From a bacterium (lineage in GTDB: Bacteria > JAAXHH01): a stretch of DNA of 64,000 nucleotides. The stretch covers positions 2,602,882-2,666,881 of the forward strand of contig OZ252103.1 of the NCBI GenBank assembly GCA_965248395.1, written 5' to 3'. The notes below the pieces were generated by a model. It did not search any database. It saw only the letters and a list, made by a program, of their open reading frames with translations, and was not told the DNA's origin. This document shows positions 9,449 through 19,491 of the stretch, in pieces (the stretch's first letter is position 1; each line of letters starts with the position of its first letter). A program made the position numbers and the translations under genes.

Positions 9449-10621
9449 ATGCAACACAGTATCATTTTGAAAGAAAAGGGACGCTACAACGCGTTCCCCG
9501 TATTGACTCAACTTCCGGACGGGCGGTTGACGATCGGCTGTCTCTCTTCGCCTTTCGGGGATCACTACGGTTTGGCAGACTGGCTGACGTTTTTGTCCCG
9601 CAACAACGGACGAACCTGGACGCAGTCGGAAGATCCTTCGCTGCCACCCAACTGGCCTGGTACATCGCCGCGGGAGCGGTACGACAGGCTCTCCGGCATT
9701 TTACCCGACGGAACCTTTATGGCGGTGGGCTCGGTGGGACCAGAAATTTGGACACTGGACCGTCGGGAGGAAGCTGAGGCTCGGGGCCTGAGTTTCGTAG
9801 AGGATGAGACGTACACGTCCCTTTTTCCAGGAAAGTTGATAATAACGGGGCATCAACTGTCGATGATACGATCCCGGGATGAGGGACATTCCTGGGATCG
9901 GCGCACTTGGACCGTGCCGGGCTATAAATTCACAGTCGGTTTTCCACGCGGGATAGTACTCGAAGACGGTACGTGGTTGTTTCCTATATACACGATGCGA
10001 GCCGGGGGCGGGGGCGATTGTCTCATATTCCGGTCCAGCGACGACGGAGAGACTTGGCATCTCCATGAGGCTGTGCCGCGTATCAGCAGCGAATGGGCAC
10101 TGGTAGAGACTGAGCCGAACCGTGTCCTAGGCCATATCCGCTCGACGTGTTACTGGGCGCCGGGTGTTGTTAAGCATACCTATCATAAGGACCGGTTCTA
10201 CACCTTGGAAGTCTGGTCCGAAGACTGCGGTAAGACCTGGACCTGCCCTGTAGAGACGTCATTTGAGGGCTATCCGAACCACCTGCTCAAATTAAGTGAT
10301 GGACGTATTCTATGTACCTACGGCTATCGCCGTGCCCCGATGGGTATACGGGCCTTAATTAGTGAGGACGGCGGACGCACCTGGGACACAGACCACTTAT
10401 ACGTGCTCCGGGATGACGGCGGTGGTTTATCGAATGAGTGGCCTCCGGAAAAGCGTGCCCGGATGGGCGGCGCGGATGTGGGCTATCCGATCTCAGCGGA
10501 ATTGGGTGACGGTACCATTCTGACCGTCTATTACATCACGACGGAAGATGGCATCACCCATGTCGCTGCCACCCACTGGCATCCTGACCAAGATAGACCA
10601 CCAAGTCCTCGAGGAGGGTAA
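9449..10621 (+). CDS. BNR/Asp-box repeat protein (sialidase-like beta-propeller)
   Basis: Five Asp-box motifs (SRNNGRTWT, SRDEGHSWD, SSDDGETWH, SEDCGKTWT, SEDGGRTWD). Start chosen at the internal ATG at 9449 (AAGG upstream); the ORF is open from 9407. No signal peptide is evident. Confidence 0.7.
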   Translation: MQHSIILKEKGRYNAFPVLTQLPDGRLTIGCLSSPFGDHYGLADWLTFLSRNNGRTWTQSEDPSLPPNWPGTSPRERYDRLSGILPDGTFMAVGSVGPEIWTLDRREEAEARGLSFVEDETYTSLFPGKLIITGHQLSMIRSRDEGHSWDRRTWTVPGYKFTVGFPRGIVLEDGTWLFPIYTMRAGGGGDCLIFRSSDDGETWHLHEAVPRISSEWALVETEPNRVLGHIRSTCYWAPGVVKHTYHKDRFYTLEVWSEDCGKTWTCPVETSFEGYPNHLLKLSDGRILCTYGYRRAPMGIRALISEDGGRTWDTDHLYVLRDDGGGLSNEWPPEKRARMGGADVGYPISAELGDGTILTVYYITTEDGITHVAATHWHPDQDRPPSPRGG

Positions 10622-10707
10622 GCAATAGTCGCTATTGCGGTAGGTATTACAAGGTTAAACCCTGCTCCGTTCCGCGTTAAGTCCTTTGCCTTCCGCCATC
10701 TGTGCGC

Positions 10708-12417
10708 TCAGGAAACGGCGCCGGCTTCCCGCAGACGGTTATCGACGGACGCATGACCGTACCGTTCCGCCCAGGCGAGCGGAGTCGTCCAGGATTCTCC
10801 ATCGGGCTGCGGGTCTGCGCCGTGTTGCAGATACAGTTCGACCAGTTCCCGTCTGCCCCAGCGAGCCGCCCAGGCCAGGGGCGTGGAATGAAGTAGTGTG
10901 TCTCTTGCGTCGAGTAAAGCGCCATATTCGAGAAACATGCGAGCGAAAGCGGCGCGCTCGTCGTCCCGCAGAACCGGCTCGCCCCAGACTTTTCCTGTCG
11001 CCGCGACATGATGCAGAAGCGACGTCTCGCGCCGCCCCTTAACGTTCAGGTCCACACCGCGATCGAGAATCATCCGGACCATTTCGGGAAAGACGGAACG
11101 ATCGAATTCCCTGAACTTGCGATGCGGATTGCACGGCCAAATCCGGATGGGCTGGATAATCAGACCGTACCAGCGTGGATCGTCCGAAGCCCAGTCTATA
11201 CTGCTCAGGCACACTCCTACCACGCTGGGATCACCGCCGCAGGCGGCTCCCCACAGGATGCCTTCCACCAGTTCCGGTTTGAGCTTAAGCGCCATGACTG
11301 CCGCGGAGGTATCGCATTCCAGGGCCGCTCCCTCCGGGGTCATTGATCCCCCGTACCGGTAGAGTAGCCGTTTCATGCGATCGTCCCGGTTGTTGTAGGC
11401 GCGGCTCATGGGATCGCCGGACGCATAAACGGCGGCGTTGGGATCGGCACCGCGTTCCAGAAGCAGTTGCGCGATTTCGTACATGCCGTCCCCCGCAGCG
11501 ATCCACAAGGGTTCGCCCCAGTTGTACGTTTCCTCCTCCAGGGAACTGATGCGATAACGCTGGTCCGGGTCCATGCCGAGATCGAGCAGCAACTTCACCA
11601 TGTCGTACCGATTGTGGCGGACGGCAAACCCCAGCAGGTGTGATTCGGATTCCATATCGGGTTCGAACAGGGTGGGGTGGCTTTCCGCGATCTGGCGCAC
11701 GGCCTCGACGTCTCCCAGCATGACGTTCGTACACAGGCTCCTTGGAGCGCCTGCGGTCATGAGTATACCGGCGGCCATGAAACATCCTTCTGCCAGCCGC
11801 CGGTCCGTGGTAGCCGTGTGTTCGACGGCCAACTCGAGCGGGGTATGCCCCTCCAGGTTGGTCTTGCCGGAGTCGGCATTGAGCATTAGCAGCGCCTGAA
11901 CGAGACCGGAATGACCGTGGCGGGCCGCGTGGTGCAGGACCGTATCGCCATGCTCGTCGCAAACATCCACCAGTTCGGGGGATTTATGAATATCCCGGAT
12001 CGCGCCTTCCACGTCGCCAGCGGCTACCATCTCGGCGAGCAGCACGACATCTGGTGAAACAGTCAGGTTAGGACACAGATTCGCTTCGCGCCGACGCTCC
12101 AGTTCCCCGTTAATCACTTCGATGATATCATTGAAACCGCGATCCCTGGCCATGACCAGGGGCGTGGAAGCAGTCCTGTGAGGATATACACCCTGGTTCG
12201 GGTCGGCGCCGGCCGTCATGAGCGCCGAAACCGCTTCCGCGTGACGGTTGATCACGGCGTGATGAAGAGCACGGTGCTCGTCGTAGGACGCTGTGTCTAT
12301 ACCCACCAGGTGCGGCGCAACTGCCAGGATCGTGTTGATACGATCCACATCGCCATCAGCCGATGCCTGGCAAAGCTCGGCCACGGTAAACGCACTGCCA
12401 TTTGATGAATTGGACAT
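10708..12417 (-). CDS. Ankyrin-repeat protein (569 aa)
   Basis: Repeats such as TVLHHAARHGHSGLVQALLMLNADSG, LWIAAGDGMYEIAQLLLERGADPN, TPLAWAARWGRRELVELYLQHGADPQ. Confidence 0.8.
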   Translation of the reverse strand: MSNSSNGSAFTVAELCQASADGDVDRINTILAVAPHLVGIDTASYDEHRALHHAVINRHAEAVSALMTAGADPNQGVYPHRTASTPLVMARDRGFNDIIEVINGELERRREANLCPNLTVSPDVVLLAEMVAAGDVEGAIRDIHKSPELVDVCDEHGDTVLHHAARHGHSGLVQALLMLNADSGKTNLEGHTPLELAVEHTATTDRRLAEGCFMAAGILMTAGAPRSLCTNVMLGDVEAVRQIAESHPTLFEPDMESESHLLGFAVRHNRYDMVKLLLDLGMDPDQRYRISSLEEETYNWGEPLWIAAGDGMYEIAQLLLERGADPNAAVYASGDPMSRAYNNRDDRMKRLLYRYGGSMTPEGAALECDTSAAVMALKLKPELVEGILWGAACGGDPSVVGVCLSSIDWASDDPRWYGLIIQPIRIWPCNPHRKFREFDRSVFPEMVRMILDRGVDLNVKGRRETSLLHHVAATGKVWGEPVLRDDERAAFARMFLEYGALLDARDTLLHSTPLAWAARWGRRELVELYLQHGADPQPDGESWTTPLAWAERYGHASVDNRLREAGAVS

Positions 12418-12420
12418 AGT

Positions 12421-12915
12421 CTATTCTTCCTCTATAGATTTCCCTGAGTCATCCAGCAAATGACCGTATTGATCCCCATAGGTTTTCATGAGTTCTTCGT
12501 AACGGTCTTCCACGGTTTTTCCCGCGAGGCAAGGTCCCAGGTGATCGATGAAAGCGTGCCAGCCGGCGGCGAAACCCATCAGGATATCAGGAGTGACGTG
12601 GGAATTCGTAAATCGAAGCCGCGTGCCGCCTTCACTGGGTTCCAGCACCCACCTGACCACGGAAAGACCCCAGGTATAGGCGAACACGCGTTCCGGTTCC
12701 CATTCGCAGACCACGCCTTCCAGGTTGCCCTCTGACTTGAAATCCACGAAAATCTTTCCGCCGATCCGCCTTTCCAGCGTGGCTTCGTATTTCATCCACG
12801 CCGAGATCCCTTCTCCAGTGGATATGGCCGCCCAGACGCGATCGACCGGGAACCCGTACTCCCGTTCGATATCAATGCAAAACTCTTCATTTATCGTGGC
12901 CAACGTAGTTTTCAT
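12421..12915 (-). CDS. SRPBCC-superfamily protein (Activator of Hsp90 ATPase homolog / AHSA1-like)
   Basis: 164 aa; FPVDRVWAAISTGEGISAWM...FAYTW...GGTRLRF is typical of the AHSA1/SRPBCC ligand-binding fold. Confidence 0.55.
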   Translation of the reverse strand: MKTTLATINEEFCIDIEREYGFPVDRVWAAISTGEGISAWMKYEATLERRIGGKIFVDFKSEGNLEGVVCEWEPERVFAYTWGLSVVRWVLEPSEGGTRLRFTNSHVTPDILMGFAAGWHAFIDHLGPCLAGKTVEDRYEELMKTYGDQYGHLLDDSGKSIEEE

Positions 12916-13128
12916 CGAGCGCTCATGTAGACAAAGTGCCGAACAAACAGATTGACGTTACAGGCAATCGCGGGAAATGCCGACGGCGAACCTCCATAGG
13001 GCATGGAAAGTTATATCTTCACGGAATCAGCAAACCTAACCGGCATACCAACAGGTCTGTTCACGTTTACATTGACAGCCACACCCGGCGGTACTAACCA
13101 TGTTTCGTTGTAATTATGGGAGATCCAA

Positions 13129-13923
13129 ATGCGATTTGACAAGGAAAAACAGTGGATCGGCGCCGTATTCGCCGAGGACCTCCAACTCATGGCCGAAATG
13201 CTGGCCGAAGAGCCGTCACTCGTCGATTTCCAACACGAAGCCTTCGACGATCCCTATCGCTCGGGACGCTTCCCTGTCGCCACCCTGGCCTTTGCGGTAA
13301 GCGGACCGCCACAGCAGCAGATCGACTGGCGGCAGGTTGAGCGAAGGATCAACTTCGACATGGTAAAACTTCTGGTTGAAGCAGGGGCCGACCCGAATAT
13401 CGACAACATCCACGGCCGGCCGCTCTGCCTGTGCCGGGAAGAACCCATTGCGCGGTATCTGATCGACCACGGCGCGAACATCAACCTGTGGCATGACAAC
13501 GGCGGCGCACCGGTCTACTTCGCGGTCTGGCATATTGATCCTGAAAGGTTGAAGATGCAGATCGGCATGGGAGCGGATCCCCTTCAGATCAACCCCCATA
13601 ACGGCTCATCTGCTCTACATTCGGCCGCGGAAGTCATTCCGGGCGATGAACAATTGAAGGATCACCTGGAAACCATTCGTATACTTAAAGATTGCGGCGT
13701 GGATCCGAACTTAAAGGCGGGAATCGGCGTTCAGTCGGACTGGGGTCCGGTCTACCAGGGAGACGCGCCGCTGCACATGGCCGCTCAACGGAACGTACCG
13801 AAAGTAATCGAGGCAATGATCGCTTTCGGATGTAGTCGGACCCTTACCAATGTCAACAATGAAACACCGCGTGAAGTAGCCGTGAGAGTCGGCCGCGGTC
13901 CGGACATTACCCGGCTTCTTTAA
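13129..13923 (+). CDS. Ankyrin-repeat protein (264 aa)
   Basis: DMVKLLVEAGADPNIDNIHGRPL; SSALHSAAE; APLHMAAQRNVPKVIEAMIAFG. Confidence 0.75.
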   Translation: MRFDKEKQWIGAVFAEDLQLMAEMLAEEPSLVDFQHEAFDDPYRSGRFPVATLAFAVSGPPQQQIDWRQVERRINFDMVKLLVEAGADPNIDNIHGRPLCLCREEPIARYLIDHGANINLWHDNGGAPVYFAVWHIDPERLKMQIGMGADPLQINPHNGSSALHSAAEVIPGDEQLKDHLETIRILKDCGVDPNLKAGIGVQSDWGPVYQGDAPLHMAAQRNVPKVIEAMIAFGCSRTLTNVNNETPREVAVRVGRGPDITRLL

Positions 13924-13991
13924 ACCTGACGCAAGGACCACTTCGTTCCAACGGAATGAAAAGGGTCGTTGATCGGGCACGGAGGCTTAAT

Positions 13992-14375
13992 ATGAAAATC
14001 GAAAAACTCCACCAGGTCGCCGTACTGTCCCGTGACCTGGATGAAACCAGGACTTTTTATGAAGATACCCTCGGCGCCAGGCTATTGGCCCATTTCAAAG
14101 GTCCGCCGAGCCTGTTGTTCTTCGATTTCCTAGGTACCAGGCTGCTCTTTGAACGAGCAGCCCCCAGGTCCACCATTTACTTTTGGGTGGACGACATTAC
14201 TGCCGCACATGAAGAGTTGAAAGCAAAGGGCATCGAGTTTACCAGTGAACCCCGTGCCATTTACCGGGACGATCAGGGTACTTTCGGAGTGGCGGGTTAC
14301 GAGGAATGGATGGCCTTTTTTAAAGACCCGTCCGGCAATACCCTGGCCCTGGCCACACAGCGTCCTCCGGGATAG
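13992..14375 (+). CDS. VOC family protein (glyoxalase-like)
   Basis: ATG at 13992 preceded by ACGGAGG; KLHQVAVLSRDLDETRTFYEDTLGARLL...AFFKDPSGNTLAL. Confidence 0.65.
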   Translation: MKIEKLHQVAVLSRDLDETRTFYEDTLGARLLAHFKGPPSLLFFDFLGTRLLFERAAPRSTIYFWVDDITAAHEELKAKGIEFTSEPRAIYRDDQGTFGVAGYEEWMAFFKDPSGNTLALATQRPPG

Positions 14376-14450
14376 ACACTGTCGGCACGACGGGCCAGCC
14401 CGTTTTTAACCCGCTGGGTCTAAGCAGGCAAGCCCCTTAGGAAAAACCCT

Positions 14451-15309
14451 ATGTCCCTGTTGACCTTCAAATTGGTATCCGCCGTTGCGATCGTCGCCAT
14501 CGCCGTGATTGGCGGGATGATTCCCCTCTACGTCGCCCGATATGAATCCAGCCAACGGTTTTTCTCGCTGGGAAACGCCTTCGCGGGCGGGTTGTTTCTC
14601 GGCGTTGGATTCATTCATTTGCTACCGGAGGGTATTGAAAAGCTCCAAAGGGGTCACGGACTATCCGCTGGCCGGGCTGCTGGCCGCACTGGGCCTGGGA
14701 GCCCTACTATTGATCGATCGTGTTATCTATGGGGATCACCACGATTCCGACCATGAAGAGAATGCAGCGCAAGATTGCATTTACCCCTACGTGCTGCTCG
14801 TTCTACTGTCGATCCATTCCGTCATCGCGGGCATTTCCCTCGGCATCGAATCACACCTGTCGGGTTTGGTCATCATATTGCTTGGTATTCTCTGTCATAA
14901 GGGATCGGCCGCCTTCGCCCTGATGATAAGTGTACACAGGACCGGGATCGAGAAGATACGGCAGAAACCCATTCTGGCTGTCTTCGTATCGATGACACCG
15001 TTGGGTTTACTTGTCGGGATGGCGGTCCACATGGCCCTGGAGGAGAGCAAAACGGTCACGACCTTGATCGAAGGAAGTTTCAACGCCTTTGCTGCGGGTA
15101 CGTTTATTTACGTCGCGACTGTCAACATAATTGATGCTGAACTGTCCAGACGTAACGTGCGCGTCGCGAAATACGTGATGAGCGTACTCGCTGGAAGCGA
15201 CGACCAGCCCATGCCTACGCGGGACCATGACCGCGTGATCAAGTTCGTCCTGGTAATCCTTGGTATCTCGCTGATGGCATTGCTGGTGCAGTGGGCGCAC
15301 GCCCACTGA
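14451..15309 (+). CDS. ZIP family metal cation transporter (ZupT-like), apparent +1 frameshift near 14650
   Basis: The N-terminal ~65 aa (ORF 14451-) and the C-terminal ~220 aa (ORF to 15309) are both ZIP-like (HLLPEG...YPLAGLLAALGLGALLLIDR...HSVIAGISLG...HKGSAAFAL). The frame shifts at the run caaaggggtcacgg around 14650-14660. Confidence 0.6.
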
Positions 15310-15392
15310 CCGACGGCAGAAATACAGGCCGGATGCCAGCCACCAGTAACCTCGTTTGACGCTTTGAGAGACTGCGCACTTCACCTGCCCGT

Positions 15393-16439
15393 TCAACCTA
15401 TATACACCTTCTCACCCTTCCGGGCACTCTCGTACATGGCGTCGAGCAGCAGCATGAATCGATAGGCGTCGTCCGCGTCGACATCGGGATCGACACGACC
15501 GGATATAGCCCGTGCAAAGTGTTCTACTTCATGATAGAAGGGTAATCCATCTTTCGGAGGAACCGTGTGGGGCACGTCTGATTCGTCTTCGATCTTTCGG
15601 CCTGTGAACTTCCCATCCTTCAATTCCCACAGTTGACCATGAGAAAGAGCCCCGTCGCGACCATACACTTCCACGATCGTGGGGGTATCGCAATGCAACC
15701 AGCGGGAGCAGTCGATCTGGATGGTCTTACCACCGTCGAATCCCGCCAGGCCCGAGAAATAGTCTTCGGCCGGGCCTTCCGGTCCATCGTAGAGGGGCTC
15801 GACAACGTGCCTGGCAGCAAAAGCCCATTGGGGTTCCGGGCAGCCCATCCACCACCAGGCCAGGTCCAGCTCATGGGAAGCGTGCTGCCCGAGCGCGCCG
15901 CCCTTCTGGCCATACACGTGGGTCCATCCTTCGGGACTGCCAACCGACGCTCTGTGATTGAATTTCAAGAAGATGCGGGCGTGGTAGGGCTCGCCTATTC
16001 CGCCCCGGTTCAACGCGACGCGAATCTGCCGGTTTAAGGGACTGTGCCGCATGAAATAGCAGAACTGCAACGTCACGCCGGCGCGACCGGCCGCTTCCTT
16101 GAACTGCAGTATATGCCTGGCGCAGGTAGCGTGTGGTTTCTGAACGAGGACGTGCTTGCCGGCGTCGATAGCATCGAGGACCATGGGATAGCGGGCGGGT
16201 GGATTGACGGCCAGGAGCACTGCTTCCACCCGATCGTCGGCCAGCAGGTCCTGATAGGGCCCGTATCTATGCGAAACTCCGTCTTCCCGGCCCACTCGGT
16301 TTCGGCGCTCTTCGTCCAGGTCGCTCAGGGCTATGACGTCCAGAAGCGCACTGGCCTGGGCCGAACGCAAGCCCATGTGTCCGGCCCATCCACATCCCAC
16401 GACACCAAGCCGAATGGGTTCTCTTGAATCCATAGCCAT
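15393..16439 (-). CDS. Gfo/Idh/MocA family oxidoreductase
   Basis: N-terminal IRLGVVGCGWAGHMG Rossmann motif; KHVLVQKP consensus segment; ~348 aa. Confidence 0.8.
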   Translation of the reverse strand: MAMDSREPIRLGVVGCGWAGHMGLRSAQASALLDVIALSDLDEERRNRVGREDGVSHRYGPYQDLLADDRVEAVLLAVNPPARYPMVLDAIDAGKHVLVQKPHATCARHILQFKEAAGRAGVTLQFCYFMRHSPLNRQIRVALNRGGIGEPYHARIFLKFNHRASVGSPEGWTHVYGQKGGALGQHASHELDLAWWWMGCPEPQWAFAARHVVEPLYDGPEGPAEDYFSGLAGFDGGKTIQIDCSRWLHCDTPTIVEVYGRDGALSHGQLWELKDGKFTGRKIEDESDVPHTVPPKDGLPFYHEVEHFARAISGRVDPDVDADDAYRFMLLLDAMYESARKGEKVYIG

Positions 16440-16469
16440 TTATCTGTTATTCTCAGGATGGGTGATCGG

Positions 16470-16481
16470 TCTGTCGACAGA
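16470..16481. promoter_or_regulatory. Perfect 12-bp palindrome TCTGTCGACAGA in the 47-bp gap between the pdxH stop and the Gfo/Idh/MocA start; candidate operator
   Basis: Read directly; a second ATCTGT half-site lies at 16442-16447. About 16 perfect 12-bp palindromes are expected by chance in 64 kb, so the case rests on position only. Confidence 0.2.
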
Positions 16482-16486
16482 TAGTT

Positions 16487-17125
16487 CTACGGCGACAACC
16501 TTTCGATATGCCACGCACCGCCTGCTTCGCGCGTATATCGAATCCGGTCATGCAGGCGAAGCTCCCGGCCCTGCCAGAATTCGAACGCATCGGGAGAAAC
16601 GCGGAACCCACCCCAGTTTTCCGGGTACGGGACGTCACCCGACGCATACTCCTTTTTTAGCGCTTCGAATCGATCTTCGAGAAACTTGCGATCAGGAATG
16701 ACCTCGCTCTGGCTGGAGGCCAGGGCAGAGAGCCGGCTTTCGAAGGGTCTCGAGTGGAAGTAGCCGGAGGATTCATCAAGGGAAACCCGGTGAACCGTGC
16801 CCGAAATGCGAATCTGCCGTCCGAGCTCACGCCAGTAAAACACCAGTGCTGCCCGGGGGTTCTCCCTCAGGTCCGCGCTCTTCGCACTCCTGTAATCCGT
16901 GTAGAATACGAATCCTCTTTCGTCGACTCCCCGCAGTACGACCATTCTGGCCGAGGGCACACCGGCCCTCGAAGCCGTCGCGACGGTCATCACGTCTGCC
17001 AGTTCGATCTCCGCATCGACCGCGGTTCGGAACCACTCATCGAACTGCTTGAACGGGTCAGCGTCCAGTTCGTCTTCCTTCAGACCTTCGAATGCGTATT
17101 CCCTGCGGAGCGCTTCCAAGTCCAT
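16487..17125 (-). CDS. pdxH: Pyridoxamine 5'-phosphate oxidase
   Basis: 212 aa; MVVLRGVDERGFVFYTDYRSAKSADLRENPRAALVFYW...WGGFRVSPDAFEFWQGRELRLHDRIRY is the canonical PdxH pattern. Confidence 0.85.
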   Translation of the reverse strand: MDLEALRREYAFEGLKEDELDADPFKQFDEWFRTAVDAEIELADVMTVATASRAGVPSARMVVLRGVDERGFVFYTDYRSAKSADLRENPRAALVFYWRELGRQIRISGTVHRVSLDESSGYFHSRPFESRLSALASSQSEVIPDRKFLEDRFEALKKEYASGDVPYPENWGGFRVSPDAFEFWQGRELRLHDRIRYTREAGGAWHIERLSP

Positions 17126-17192
17126 GTGACGATATCCTGCGCGAATGGGCCCATGTGCATATATGCCCGGATTAATCTAGACAGCGTTCGAC

Positions 17193-17597
17193 CTATCGCC
17201 ATACGGCGAGAATCGCGCCCATTATTACACTGTAGAGCACACGGTACCCCGACTGAATCAACCACAGGTTCAAACCCGTATCGCCGAATGCGCTGTCTGA
17301 TGCCATCGCCGTAGCAATGAAGCCGATACCCACCAGGAGCCCGATCATCACGCCGCCGCCCAGTGTGGATATGTTCGTGGCGTTGATGAACAGGGCGAGG
17401 ACGACCGCCGTGATCAGGGCGGTGAAGAAACTGATGACAAAGGGCGTCGCCGATGGTTGGATGTCATTTGCCGTCTTACCGAGCGCGGACAGCCAGGCCT
17501 CGCCGAAGAGCGGTCCATACCAAAGGCCGCCGAGGGCAAACCCGGCTACCGTCGCTACGAGTATGGCCAGCCAGTTCAATACCGATAGATCAAGCAT
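17193..17597 (-). CDS. DUF1761-like small membrane protein
   Basis: 134 aa with four predicted TM helices; GGLWYGPLFGEAW motif. Confidence 0.45.
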   Translation of the reverse strand: MLDLSVLNWLAILVATVAGFALGGLWYGPLFGEAWLSALGKTANDIQPSATPFVISFFTALITAVVLALFINATNISTLGGGVMIGLLVGIGFIATAMASDSAFGDTGLNLWLIQSGYRVLYSVIMGAILAVWR

Positions 17598-17620
17598 AAC
17601 TCCTCCTTCTACTTACAGTG

Positions 17621-18265
17621 CTAATTCACGTCTCCTGCAGTCTCATCTGCAGATTCCTCAACCACGGGACTGATTTCATATCGCAGAATGGTAACATAGT
17701 TTTCGGAGTTACCTCTGAAGAAAATGCCCGGGCTTTTCAAGTACTCCTCCTCGTGCGGGCTCGTAGTTTCATAACCCCTTTCCGCGATAAAGGCTTTCAG
17801 CTTTTCTATGGACGGCGTCTCCCGGTCGTACGGACCCACGTGCAGCAGTTCGGCGACTTCTCCGTATTCCCAGGTCGTCAACGAGACCCTTAGATCGGCT
17901 TCCGACTCATATTCCGGAAGCTCGGTGACGGTCTCCGGTACCGGTATGCCGTAGACACCTACCCATTCTTCTCTGGGCAGATCAGGGGAAACAGGCCAGC
18001 GGGCCCGGGCCGCGGGCAGGGGCCAACGAGGCGCATCCTCGATTTGATAATATAGATCGTAGAGCAGTTCGAATACCCTTTCTCCCACGACATTGGGATC
18101 GCCCACCGCCTCGACTACGATCATCTTCTGTGGAGGCCTGGTTGAGATCGCAGGATTTTCAAGGTGCTCGTACTCGGCAAGGTCCGGTCCTTGCATGACA
18201 AAGTACGCGAGCAGAGCGGCCGCAGCCAGCAACAACACCAACACGGTCATGACGATCTTCTTCAT
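17621..18265 (-). CDS. GyrI-like small-molecule-binding domain protein with N-terminal signal/TM segment
   Basis: 214 aa; hydrophobic N-terminus MKKIVMTVLVLLLAAAALLA, then a GyrI-like/effector-binding fold pattern (MIVVEAVGDP...HVGPYDRETPSIEKLKAFIAERGYE). Confidence 0.45.
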   Translation of the reverse strand: MKKIVMTVLVLLLAAAALLAYFVMQGPDLAEYEHLENPAISTRPPQKMIVVEAVGDPNVVGERVFELLYDLYYQIEDAPRWPLPAARARWPVSPDLPREEWVGVYGIPVPETVTELPEYESEADLRVSLTTWEYGEVAELLHVGPYDRETPSIEKLKAFIAERGYETTSPHEEEYLKSPGIFFRGNSENYVTILRYEISPVVEESADETAGDVN

Positions 18266-18307
18266 TTTCTCCTCGAATTCCCCATGGTCGACCCGAAAAT
18301 GGAAAAG

Positions 18308-19477
18308 CTACCGCTTCAAAGTCGTTGCGCCGTGACGTATGGCGCGGCGCCCGTACCAGTCCCTAATGGTGTCCATCGCACGCACGAGACGATCCGACTT
18401 TTCGTCGTCTTCCTGGAAAAGGTCGGTCTGAATGGGTTCTTCGGGTCTGACCAGATTTCCGACGGCCACGCCGAGCAGCCGAATGCCTGTCCGGCCGTCC
18501 CATACCCCGTCAAACAGTTCCAGGGCCGCCTTGCCGACTACGAAGTCATTGTCTGTCGGCGCCACCGCCATCTGTCGAGTAAGCGTCTTGAAATTCCTGT
18601 AACGGACCTTGATCCGGACCGTCCGGCCCAGGCGTCCGTCCTTTCGAAGCCGTCGTCCTACCTTGTCGCTCTGGTCTGCCAGAATCCCGTGGCATGCTTC
18701 CCGGTCAACCAGGTCCGTGCCGAAGGTATTCTCGTGGCTAACCGACTTCGCCTCGTTTCCCGGCAGTACGGGCCGGTCATCCAGCCCCCTGGATATGCTG
18801 GCGAAATGAGCACCCGCGGCCTTGCCAACCAGTCGTTGCAACTCTTCCGAAGTGCGTTTCTGTAGATCCCCAATCGTCCTGAATCCTAGACGTTCCAGGC
18901 GCTCCTGCATGTCTTTACCCGCGCCCCAGAGGCACGAAACGGGCAACGGGGCCAGGAAATCCTCCACGCCCTCCGGTGGAACGACTACCAGGCCTTCAGG
19001 TTTGTCCAGGTCGGACGCGACTTTGGCCACGAACTTGCACGGCGCCACACCAACGGAAATGGTGAGCCTCGTTTCCCTGAGCACATCCGCCTTGATTGAA
19101 CGGGCGATGGTTTCGCCGTCGCCGAACAGTTGCGACGAACCCGTAACATCCAGAAACGCTTCGTCGAGCGACAGGGGTTCAACGAGGGGAGTGTACCGGC
19201 GAAACACGTCCTGTACCTGCCGTGAAACTTCGCCGTAGACCTCTCCCCGGACCGGCACGAAAGTCCCGTTGGGGCAGAGTTTCCTGGCCGTCATACCGGG
19301 CATCGCAGAATGTACGCCGTACTTGCGCGCCTCGTAGGAACAGGTCGCCACGACCGACCGCGGTCCATCTCCGCCCACGATGACCGGCTTGCCGCGCAAT
19401 TCGGGACGGTCTCGCTGCTCGATGGCCGCGAAAAAGGCGTCCATGTCCGCATGCAGGATGGTGCGGGGTTGATTCAC
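18308..19477 (-). CDS. dinB: DNA polymerase IV (Y-family)
   Basis: ILHADMDAFFAAIEQRDRPELRGKPVIVGG plus the SRQVQDVFRRYTPLVEPLSLDEAFLDVTG catalytic region. The maximal ORF runs to 19699, but the conserved N-terminus indicates a GTG start at 19477 (ATG at 19444 is an alternative). Confidence 0.8.
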   Translation of the reverse strand: MNQPRTILHADMDAFFAAIEQRDRPELRGKPVIVGGDGPRSVVATCSYEARKYGVHSAMPGMTARKLCPNGTFVPVRGEVYGEVSRQVQDVFRRYTPLVEPLSLDEAFLDVTGSSQLFGDGETIARSIKADVLRETRLTISVGVAPCKFVAKVASDLDKPEGLVVVPPEGVEDFLAPLPVSCLWGAGKDMQERLERLGFRTIGDLQKRTSEELQRLVGKAAGAHFASISRGLDDRPVLPGNEAKSVSHENTFGTDLVDREACHGILADQSDKVGRRLRKDGRLGRTVRIKVRYRNFKTLTRQMAVAPTDNDFVVGKAALELFDGVWDGRTGIRLLGVAVGNLVRPEEPIQTDLFQEDDEKSDRLVRAMDTIRDWYGRRAIRHGATTLKR

Positions 19478-19491
19478 AATAGACCGGTTGA

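Noticed and set aside
9025-9777. 250-aa + strand ORF spanning the GT remnant and the sialidase start
   Set aside because: Low-complexity Ser/Arg-rich translation with no family resemblance; overlaps better-supported features.
11285-11962. 225-aa Arg/Pro-rich ORF
   Set aside because: Alternative frame inside the 569-aa ankyrin gene; the composition is the usual high-GC antisense artefact.
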